Assembly (NCBI RefSeq): GCF_006345805.1
Contig: NC_043004.1
Location: forward strand, 75,082,001-75,146,000
DNA: 64,000 nt
Reading direction: 5' to 3'
Origin: Octopus sinensis
Taxonomy: Eukaryota
A program made the position numbers and the translations under genes. How positions within the stretch are numbered: position 1 is the first letter of the stretch; the number at the start of each line of letters is the position of its first letter. The notes below the pieces were generated by a model that saw only the letters and a list, made by a program, of their open reading frames with translations, made no database searches and was not told the DNA's origin. Shown here in pieces: positions 12,042-22,692 of the stretch.

Positions 12042-12769
12042 TGATTGAAAATGGTGCTCCAAATAACAGGAGCAACCATTGATAAATATCAGCAATAGAG
12101 TAAATATATGTACATATAAAGTATTGAAGCATGGGAACAATCATACAGTTGCAATGTCTCTACTGAAAATATTATCACCCACCTAATATGTATATTTTGG
12201 GTTAAATTTGATGACTTTTTAGGTTTTTTTTTCAGAAGCAGCTTGATGGATTGGGGAATAGTGAACAGCATGGCAGAGCAATAAAGATTAAAGTTCTAGT
12301 TTAGAAAATGTTAGCTGACATGGAAGACTGGAAGCAATCTGAATATTGGAAAAGAGTTAACCTGTATCCTGATGATTCACCCTGGTTATCAAAATGCTGA
12401 CATTGTGACTGCTGCTGTTGTTGTTGTTGTTAAGCAACAAGACAGGTAAGGGTGATTAGGTGATGGGCAAGGGCTTAGGGGCAGGAGACCCCAGACCTTG
12501 GAAAAAAAAAAACTTTGGTTGTCTTGTTGTAGTCAAAGGTTCTTCGTTGACGCCCGACACCACTGGGAGGTGGCCCTCGAAGTTGCTGGAAATGGAGATC
12601 CCCAGGTCCAAATTCTTGAACGGCTGTGACAGCTGCTCAAAATGCTTTGTTAACACTGTAAAACTTGTAAGACATGACATGGACAGCTGCAATGGAGACT
12701 ACAAAGCTGTGGCCAGCAGGAGGGGGAGACAGTAGGTGTCCTGACTGTGTCCACACTCCAGAATTTATC

Positions 12770-13270
12770 CAGCATTCTTGAACAGGGCCTTGGGCTCAAT
12801 TCGGATGGCTATGTGAAGCTGATGGGGATTGTAGACTATTGCTGGCTGGAAAGGATTGCTGCTGGAAGGCCATATGTGTGGCAGCAGAATTCAGCTCCAG
12901 AAAGTGTCAGAAGTGATTGTTGAAGAGATTCTAAAACTTCAGCATCCCCTTATTTTTGGCCTCCTTATTCCCCATAGATTACAATGTGTGGGGTGCAGCT
13001 GAGCGAGACCTTCCAAGTGCTGAGCTGCTAGCCAAGGTCGAGGAGGTGTTCAAAACCTTCCCAGAGAATGCATGTGCCGATTTTTGGAGTGATTCTGAGG
13101 TTGTGGTGGAAGCTGAGGGAGAGGTGGGGCTACTTTGAGTAAAGTTATCTCCCAACCTTAATCTGGTTGATACTTTTTCATTCTTTGCAAATACTTTTAT
13201 TTTGTGAATGGGATATTGTTTTCTTTCGCTTTTATGTAAACTGTCAAATTTAGCCCAAACACCTTGCGTA
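12770..13270 (+). mobile_element. Tc1/mariner-superfamily (maT/DD37D-like) transposase remnant
   Basis: GLGLNSDGYVKL...AAGRPYVWQQNSAP...WPPYSP-DYNVWG; ends in a TIR-like aaacaccttgcgta. Confidence 0.7.
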
Positions 13271-13302
13271 TATATACATAGAATATATATATATATACAC
13301 AT

Positions 13303-16300
13303 ATCATCATCATCATCATCATCGTTTAACGTCCGTTTTCCAGGCTAGCACGGGTTGGACGGTTTGACCGGGGTCTGGGAAGCCAGGGTCTGCACCAGGC
13401 TCCAGTCTGATCTGGCAGAGTTTCTACAGCTGGATGCCCTTCCTAACGCCAACCACTCCGCGAGTGTAGTGGGTGCTTTTTACGTGCCACCTGCACAGGT
13501 ACCAGAGGGGTCTGGCATCAGCCACGATCGGTTGGAGCTTTTAACGTGCCACTGGCACGGAAGCCAGCCAAGGCGGCGCTGGCAACGGCCACGTTCGGAT
13601 GGTGCTTTTTATGTGCCACCGGCACAGGTAACACAACTACTATTTCCATTGATATTTATTTCGATGTTCATGTTCCTCAAGCACAGCGAGACGTTCCGGG
13701 ATCCAGGGTACTTTGAATGGGCAGGGGGCTATGCAGAACTGGTGCAGGAAGCAGCCAGGTTCTTTGCAGTCACAGCATATCTCCAGAGATCTTGGTCCTT
13801 CGCCATTGCCTCAGTGAGGCCCAACGCTCTGAGGTCATGCTTGACTACCTCATCCCATGTCTTCCTGGGTCTACCTCTCCCCCTGATACCTTCAACTGTT
13901 TGGGAGTGGCACTTCTTCACACATCTCTCCTCATCCATCCGCAGTACATGACCATACCATCGCAAGCGTCACTCTTGCACACCACATCTGATGCTTCTTA
14001 TGTCCAGCATTTCTCTCAGGGTGCTTACACTCTGTCGTGCGTGCACGCTGACATTACACGGATCCAGCGGATCATGCAGGCTTCATTTCTTTCAAGTCTA
14101 CGCATGTCCTCTGCAGTCACAGCCCATGTTTCATTACCGTGAAGCATGGCAGTTCGCACACATGCATCATACAATCTACCTTTCACTCTGAGAGAGAGAC
14201 CCTTTGTCGCCAGTAGGGGTAGGAGCTTTCTGAACTTTGCCCAGGCTATTCGTATTTTAGTGGTGATACTCTCTGTGCATCCACCTCCACTACTAACTTG
14301 GTCACCCAGGTAGCGGAAACTATCAAGTACTTCTAGTTTCTCCCCCTGGAGTGTGATGGAATCTGTTTTCTGAGTGTCTGTGGTGTCTATTGTCCCTGTG
14401 CATCTGCCGCACATGAAAGCTATCTTATCAGTTAATTTCCCTTTGATGTTGCTGCACCTCTTATGCATCCATAGCTTACATTGGGTGCATCTTATGGAGT
14501 TTCTACCTACACCTTTCCTACAGTGCCTGGAGGACTATGATGAATAAAAGGGGACTGAGGGCTGAGCCTTGGTGTACACCTACTTCTACCCAGCATTCTT
14601 CATTATATTTGTTGCCAATCCTAACCTTGCTGACAGCCTCTCTGTATAGAGCCTGTACAGCCCTTATTAGCCATTCGTCAATTTCCAGTTTCCGCATTGA
14701 CCACCAGATAAGGGATCGGCGAACCCTGTCAAAGGCTTTCTCCAAGTCCACAAAAGCTATGTAGAGGGGTTTATCTTTAGCTAGGTTGTCGGACCAGGAA
14801 TATAGCATCAGTGGTGCTTCTACCCGGCACAAAACCGAACTGTATCTCATCTAAGCAAATTCTCTTCCTAATGAGATGGGTTATGACCCTCTCTGTGACC
14901 TTCATCACCTGATCCAACAGTTTAATACCCCTGTAGTTATTTCTATCTAGAGCATCACCCTTACCCTTGTAGCAGTTGACAATGGTGCTGCTACGCCAGT
15001 CATTGGGTATGACTCCATTGTGAACTATCTGGTTTACAATGCAGGTGACTAGGCCATAGCCCACATAGCCAGCTGTTTTAAGCATCCCAGCAGGGATTTT
15101 TGATGGGCTGGGGGCTTTACCTGTTTCCATATCCTTAATTGCCTTAACTACAAGGGAGCTTTCTATTCGGATAGCTGGTCCCTCTACTGGGTCAACATTT
15201 GGTAGGCTCTCCTCCTCCCATTCATTCTCCTCATTCAGCAGTCTTTCATAATGGCTTCTCCAAGCCTCTTTCTTTTCACCAACATTAAAAGCAAGTGCCC
15301 CATCATCCATGCGGACACATTTCTCTCCTGTAACATCACTATTTTCTCTCACACACTGTCTGGCAATCCGAAATACCTCAGCTCTTTGGTCCTCACGTTG
15401 CAGGACATTGGCAAACTTCTTCTTTTCTGCTACATCTTTGGCTATGTATACCTGCTGCCCAGCCTCCCTTTTGGCTACCTGGTACAATTCCCTGCTGCCC
15501 CCATCCCTCCAGGCTTTCCAAGCCTGTCTCTTTGCACTAATGGCTTTGTCTACTGCATTATTCCACCACCATGTAACTCTAGGTCTGGAAGGGGCTTTGC
15601 ACCATCCACAGACTTGGTCTGTGGCACTCAGCAAGCTGTCCCATAGGAATTCCCAGCTACCTTCTATGTCCGACGTCTGAAGCTCCTCCTACCTCTTATC
15701 AAATTTCTTGATGAGGATGTCCCTAAATCTCTGACCATGTGAAGGGTTCTTTAGCTTCCAAATCCTTCTTTTCTGGATTCGTATGTTTCTTGGAGTCCTT
15801 CTGGCCTCTAGCTTAAATTCACTGATGATTAGCCTATGCTGAGGGATACATTCTTCACCCGGGAGGGTCTTTGTATTTAAGAGCGACCCTGCATCCCGCT
15901 GTCTGGTGAGAATGAAGTCTATTTGGCTAGCGGAGTCTCCTGACTGATAGGTTATAAGGTGGCAGTCAGGCTTCTTGAAGTTAGTGTTGCAGATTACAAG
16001 GTTACATGCTTCACAGAATTCCAGTAATCTAGTTCCCTCATCATTTCTGGTGCCAATACCATGGCCACCGTGTACCCCAGTGAAGATACCCGATTTCCGC
16101 CCGACATGCCCATTAAAGTCTCCACCCACAAAGATGAGGTCCTTGCCACTAGTCTTTGAGGTAGCCTGTAGAAGAGTATCATAAAATTGGTCCTTCTGAT
16201 CATTTGGTAGTCCCGCTTGTGGGGCATAGGCGGAGATAATCGTAGCTGTGCCACTCTGTAGGACTAACCTGAGCTTAAGCACTCTATCGCAAACCTTGAC

Positions 16301-16630
16301 AACCTCTATGACCTTATCCACCCATTTCTCCGCAAGGATAATGCCTACACCCCCTACACCATCCATGTTACCTTGCCAGAAGACTTTATACCTATGTGCC
16401 TTGCCTGTGAGGACCCTAGCTGAAGCACCTCTCCATCTTACCTCTTGTATGCAGCATACATCAACTCGTCTTCTCTCAAGCATCTCTACAATCTCACTAG
16501 ACCTACCTTTCAATGTACCAACATTGTCAGTGCCAACTCTGAAAACTGGGAAGGAGATGTGGGGGGGAGGGGAGCAATTCAGCGCCTGAAAAGAAGAGGG
16601 TTATTGTGGTGGTGATCGTTTTTTAGGCAT
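13303..16630 (-). mobile_element. Near full-length, disrupted RTE-clade LINE (APE endonuclease + RT + PHD-like finger + 3' UTR + (GAT)n tail)
   Basis: Endonuclease motifs (CIQEVRW, SAYAPQ, GGDFNGHVG, SQIDFIL) at 15689-16513; RT at 14518-15634 (NYRGIKLL, QFGFVPGRSTTDAI, FVDLEKAFDRV). It has stops and frameshifts, and a deletion of about 220 bp relative to the 22693 copy removes the YADD motif. 5' boundary uncertain. Confidence 0.93.
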
Positions 16631-16786
16631 TTTTCATCTGATCTCTCTTCCGACTTGACAACATTCAAGCATTTAGGCATGTTAAGGTTGTGGTGTTAGC
16701 AGCGTAGTATGCATAAGCACTAAGGTCATTGATGATGTAGATGTAAGCTCTGTGGCAGAAATACTGAAATTCTAGGTGTTAGTAGC

Positions 16787-16824
<38 letters not shown>

Positions 16825-17154
16825 TTCAAAATATTAATGTCCAGTTGACAAAAGCAAAGTTTTAAGGGAATAGCGGTCATTTTCTTTGATTTCTAGACAG
16901 AAGCAAATCAGAAATAACACTTACTGACCAAAGACAAGAAATAAAAACAAAAAGTTTTGGAGGTTGTTCAGCCAATACCTTGCTTAACGCACAATCCTTG
17001 AAGCAACAAATGTTCACCACACACACACACAGAGGAATAGAAAGAAAGAGGGATGTGAAGGAGAAATGATGGAAGGAGAGAGAGAGGGAGATAGAGAGTG
17101 AAAGAGAGGACAAATCATCCAGAATTTCATGAAAATAGCTTGAGCAATTTTTAC

Positions 17155-17286
17155 CATCTTTCTTCTTGCAGCTGTGAGTGTCAAGTCCTCTCATATAACC
17201 TTCATTACATTTGCAGGAATAATTTCCCACTGTGTTATGACACATCTGACTGCAGGTGTCCGGCTTCTCAAGGCATTCATCAATAT
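17155..17286 (-). CDS. LRP2: LRP2-like exon, calcium-binding EGF ([27 protein letters not shown]...)
   Basis: tttatag/gtaaa, 132 nt, phase 1-1. Confidence 0.95.
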
Positions 17287-18174
17287 CTATAAAAAACAAA
17301 TTATAAAACCGTTTTTGATATCCATCAGTTGTTCAAATTCTGTAATGATTGACTTTGCCTTTTATCTTTTTGAGGTTGATAAATCAAGTACCAGTCATGA
17401 ACTGGGGTCGATGTAATCAACTTATGTGCTCCCTTTAAATTGCTGGCCTTGTGCCAAACTTTGAAACCGCTATCTATCAGTGTCTATATTTATCAAAGAA
17501 GGTGATGAGCTGGCAGACTCGTTAGCATGTTGAACAAATTGTTTAGTCATATTTCTTGTAGTTCTTTATGTTCTGAGTTCAAATCTTACTGAGGGCGCTC
17601 TTTCCTTTTATCTGTTCTGGGTTGATAAAATAAAGTACCAGTCATGTATTTGGTCGATGTTATTGATTTCCCCCATCATCAAAATTACTTGCCTCAAACT
17701 CTGCAAAGGATTAGTGTCCCATTCAGTGGGTCTGTCGTGATTAGGGTCACTTCTATGCCACGAAACCTGGCCAACTAGCCTTATCAGTCCTAGGGCTCAA
17801 GAAAAAAATATTTATGGGAAAATCCTTTCATCTTTTTGTATTTTTACAAGAGGAAGTACATGGGAAATTTGTTGACCGTTTCATTCACAAGGCTACCATC
17901 GGTCAGTGAGTGTTTATTTTCAGTTTCCAAAATGGAATTATCTTACTGAACAAGGATTGTATATAAAGCATAAATTTTGCAGTTGCTGCCCCATGAGAGT
18001 GAAGAGCAGATCTGTAGTTAAAAAAGGGGGCCATTCCTTCATTTGACAGGGGAATATTGTATCTGAAATTACATTATCCAGGTGTAATTAGATTGAGATT
18101 TTGCTTCTTTTACGGGTAAGTCAAGGGACCAAACGCAAGCCCACATGTTGCTTTGTGAGGATCTTTACCTGATT

Positions 18175-18480
18175 GAGCACCTAGCATGAAAGACAACTCT
18201 GAGCCCCTGGCATAAAAGATAACTCTAGGCACCTGGCATAAGAGATACCTCTGAGCCCCTGGCATAAAAGATAGTTCTGAACACTTGGCACAAAAGACAC
18301 CTCTAAGCACCTAACATAAAGGGCACCTCTGAGCACCTGGCATAAAGACACCTCTGAGCACCTGGCATAAAGACACCTCTGAGCACCTGGCATAAAAACC
18401 ACCTCTGAGTACCTGGCATGAAGAAACCTCTGAGAACCTGGCATGAAAGATAGTTCTGAGCACCTGGCATAAAACCACCA
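18175..18480. repeat. Minisatellite, about 12 units of 25-26 bp (ctctgagcacctggcataaagacac)
   Basis: Directly visible head-to-tail units. Confidence 0.9.
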
Positions 18481-20083
18481 CCACGTCTTCCTCTCTATTA
18501 CCCACCTCTTGTTGAGTCATGGGGCTTTTCCCTTTTCTGTTCTTTTTATGTCTTGCCACTTACTGGATGACCTTACTAGTGTTGGACCCATGCAAAAATC
18601 ACTCAGTACACACCATAAGGTGTTTGGCACTGGGAAGGGCAAGTAGCCACACGAAAACTCACAAAAGCTAACACTGGAGCTTGCTGCAACCTTTCTGGCT
18701 TACCAAATCCTGTCAAACTGTCCAGTCCAATGCCAGCATGGACAATGGACACTAAATAATGAAGGTGATGATGATGATGATAATGAAAGCTGGTGTGTTT
18801 CTCTGTTTTTATGTGCTCTGTTCAAAGTTCTGGTCCGTAAACAGTTTTGAACTCAGCATGTCACACCTTATGCCACATACAACAAGCATTCATTTCTCTC
18901 TGTGCTTTCAAAGGGGGGAACTTCACCTGGACACAGACTGTATTCTTAATTAGACTCAACTCAGCCAAAGGAATGTTTTGGCCATGTTCAGTTTACGATT
19001 CCATTAAACTTACTTTAAATAATGGGCATCATACAGTTGTGATGCTTTTAAATGTAACTCCAAACTTACACATCATCAGCATCGACATCATGCTCAACAT
19101 CGTCATCATCATCACCATTGACATCATCATCATCATCATCATCATTGACATCATTATCACTGACATTCACTGGCTCGGGAACGAAATTTGTATAGGGGGT
19201 GCAAACCCAGGTCCAAAATTTTTACAAAGTCTTATTGTGTTTATTTTATATTTATTTTTGTTCTTTGTCCATTGTAAAGAAACCTAACTTCGAGCTACTT
19301 TTTATAGATCAATTTTTATTAAACTTGAGAAAAGTAAGTGGGGGCACGAATCTTGAATCTGCATCCTGCAAAAATTTTAGGGGTTGCGCTTGCACTCCCT
19401 GCACCCCAGCATACAAGCATAGAGAACAAATATTAAAATATTTGTTCTCTATGCTGGTAAGAGTTGGTTGATTCTACAAGAACTGGCAAGGCCAGAGGAG
19501 AGCTGCACCAAGCAGCAGCTGTTGTCTGTTTTGGCCTGGTTTCTGTGACAGGAAGACCCCTTCTAATGCCAACCACTTTAAAGTGTGTAAAGAAAAGAAA
19601 GAGAAGCTTTGGAAATATACAGGGCTAAGATCAAATTCTTTGCAACAAGTATGAATTGATCATACAAAGCTTCAGGTTCAGTCCCACTGTGTGGCTCTAT
19701 GGTCAAGTGTGTTCTACTGTTGCCCCAGGCTGGCCAGTGGCTGCTTAGTGAATTTGGGGGGCAGAAACTGTGGAAGCTCAATGTGTGTGTGTGTGTGTGT
19801 GTGCATGTTTGTTCTCCATCAGCACTTGACAACTGAAGTTGGTCTGTTTACATCCCTGCAACTTAGCAGTTTGGCAAAAAGAGATCAATGGCATAAGTAA
19901 CAGACTGTAAAAAAAAATAAATATTGGGGCAATTTATTCCCCTAAAACCCTCCAAGGTGATGCTCCAGCATGGCTGCAGTCCAATCACTGAAACAAGTAA
20001 GAACCGAAGGTTAAAGAATACAAATATTGGTGCCAAACTTTGGTACCAGGTCAGTAATTTCAGTTGGGGGTAATTAAGTCAAT

Positions 20084-20304
20084 TATGAGGGGGTGCTGAA
20101 AAATTCCTGGCTTTAAGGGTCTCGCGAAAGGCCTGGCTGGAGGCCCAACCTTCCAAGTTCTTTTACAAAGCTTGCAAAAACTGAGAGACCACTGCAATAA
20201 AAGTGTGAATCTGAGAGGAGGATGTATTGAATGAAATCATAATTAACTGATTCTCTCATATTTTCTCTTACCCAAAGCCAGAAACTTTTCGACATCTCCT
20301 CATA
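20084..20304. mobile_element. Mariner-type MITE inserted at TA within a SINE
   Basis: Imperfect TIRs tatgagggggtgctgaaaaattcctggcttt / aaagccagaaacttttcgacatctcctcata; splits the SINE motif taagtcaatta|cattgacccc. Confidence 0.8.
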
Positions 20305-20824
20305 CATTGACCCCAGTGTTTAACTGGTACTTAATTCATCAACATTAAAAGGATGAAAGGCAAAGTCGACTTTGGTGGAATTTGAACTCAAGACGTAAAG
20401 GCAGGCAAAATGCCACTGAACATTTTGCCTGATGTGCTAACAAACTCTGCCAGCTCACAGCTTTAAAGGTGAGAAATATTGATTTCAAATTTTGGCACAA
20501 GGCCAGCAGTTTTGATGGGAGGGAGTAAGTCAGTTAAATCGACCCTAGTGCTCAACTGGTGCTTAAGTGATCAACCCTGAAAGGATGAAAGGCAAAGTTG
20601 ACCTCGGCAGAATTTGAACACAGAATGTAAAGACAGGTGAAATGTCACTAAGCATTTAGCCAGGTGTGGTAACGATTCTGCCAGCTGACAGCCGTAAATG
20701 TTAGAAATATTAACATGCAAATCGTGAATGTATCTTCATTAGTATATTCCACAGGAAAATAATAAAATAAAGTAAATACAAAAAAAAATCTGGTTGAATG
20801 GCTCAAAAGACGACTGATACTGAC

Positions 20825-20950
20825 CCCGACAAGCTTTCCTATCAGTCATGAGGGTATAACCTGGGTTACATTCACAGTGGTAACTGGTCAGGGTATCAAT
20901 GCATGTATGTTCACATCGATGGACAACCACATCTTCGCATTCGTTGATGT
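20825..20950 (-). CDS. LRP2: LRP2-like exon, EGF domain ([31 protein letters not shown]...)
   Basis: gacag/gtcag, 126 nt, phase 1-1. Confidence 0.95.
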
Positions 20951-22373
20951 CTGTCGAAAGAAAGACATATAAAGAGAATAAATGGTAAAGCAGTGAGGAG
21001 ACATAAGAAGGATTTCGAATTTTGGCACAAGGCCAGCAATTTCAGGAAAGCGGATAAATCGATTACATTGACCCCAGTATGCAACTGCTACTTATTTTAT
21101 CAACCACGAAAGGATGAAAGGCAAAGACGATGTCAGCTGAATTTGAACCCAGAACATAACGACAGATGCAATGCCGCTAAGCATTTTGTCCGGTATGCTA
21201 ACACTTCTGCCAACGTGCTCTCCTTATTGAGACAGAATGATAAATGTTGAGTGGAAAATACTGAAATAATTATGGCCAAATATTCAGGTCAGAATTCTAC
21301 TATGTCGTCTTCCTTCACTTCTATACAATTTAGAGTGATGGCATGTGAAAGAATGGTTAGGTTTTTTTCAGCTCATTGTCCTAAGAATGGCATAATATAA
21401 TGAATGGTAATCCGGATCCATTGACTGCCTGTACCTGGTTCAACTGCCCTGGTGTGGTCCTGGTAGCTGGCCATATGAACAGCTGGGCTTTAGACCAGCT
21501 ATCCTGGTCTCTCTGAGCCATGGTAGCCAATGGGGTACTGGAATGAGGGGAGTTTCACAAATGCAGTGGAGGAGTGAATGACTTGTGGTGGTGAAGAACT
21601 GGGGAGTGTCAGGATGGCGGGGGTGAGAGTAGTTGGCATCATCATCATTTGATTCTGTTTTCCATGCTGGCATGGGTTGGATGGTTTGACAGGAGCTGGC
21701 AAGACCAAGGGGCATACAAGGCTTGGTTATTTTATAATTTTGCAAGCTACATGGTGACTTCATTAAATCCAGTGACATGAAAAACACATCAAGTACAAGC
21801 TGTAAAGTGGCTGGTATCAAGAAAGACATCCAGCTATAAAAACCAATACGGAAGCCTGGTGCAGTTCTTGGAGCCCTTGGATCCTATCAAACCCTTCAAC
21901 CCATGCCAACAAGGAATATGGATGTTAAATGATGATCATGATGACAACAAGGACGACGATGACACATCACTGATGTATTGAGGAAACGAGTTTTAAAGGA
22001 CATTAATTGCATGTGTGAAGTGAAATAGCTTGCTGACAAATTGAAGTACCAAGTTGGTTGGTACTTCAATTTGTCATCAAGTACCATCTTGGTTTACAGG
22101 GAGCAGTGATGTATGTAGAGAGTGTGCTGTCGGGGGCAACCCTTAAATCTGTCCCCCACCCTCTACTCCAGCTGACCAATACAGGCTTATAAAGCAGAGC
22201 GCAGAATGCTGCCTCCATAAAAGGGTCGCCCGAGGGGAGCCATGGCCCTCACCCCTTTTCTCAGCTAAACTCCTGCTAGGTAGGGTATGTAAAAAGGAAA
22301 ACAAGTGGGTAGAGACAAGAGAGGAGAGGATGAAGAAAACATATGGGGGAGAGAGAGAGAGAGAGAGAGAGAG

Positions 22374-22419
<46 letters not shown>

Positions 22420-22483
22420 AGATATGAAAATAATGACAGAAGAAGAAGTAAAGAGAGAGGGAGGGAGGGAGGTTGATACTTAC

Positions 22484-22606
22484 AGCAGTGACGTTCATCA
22501 GTTTGATCCGAGCAGTCAGGGTTCTTGTTACAGGCCAACAGGTAATTAATGCATTCTCCATTGTCACACCGGAATTGTCCAGGTGGACAAGTTGGTGCTG
22601 GTGTTA
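22484..22606 (-). CDS. LRP2: LRP2-like exon, LDL-A repeat 10
   Basis: [40 protein letters not shown]; ttacag/gtaag, 123 nt, phase 1-1. Confidence 0.95.
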
Positions 22607-22692
22607 CTGTAATGGTAAAATACATTACAATTTTTCACAAGAAAATCAAGAACATTATATATGTCTGTGTGTGTATGTGTGTATATATATAT

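Noticed and set aside
11793-12144. Several overlapping ORFs (HTHT.., VCMY..)
   Set aside because: Translations of microsatellites; the same applies to most short ORFs in the track.
16586-16600. Strong splice-acceptor-like ctcttcttttcag in frame with the RTE endonuclease, sense to LRP2
   Set aside because: The upstream LRP2 exon ends in phase 1 whereas this would need phase 0, so splicing gives no fusion protein; no other support.
18175-18480. Possible CRISPR array (also considered for the RTE UTR units and 55925-56200)
   Set aside because: Eukaryotic intron, no cas genes, and units are contiguous or have mutually related spacers.
22549-22692. N-terminal 48 aa of the 685-aa ORF, overlapping an LRP2 exon in antisense, suggesting a host-LINE fusion gene
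   Set aside because: Chance open frame through the exon antisense strand and a (TG)/(TA) microsatellite; LINE homology starts only at 22693.
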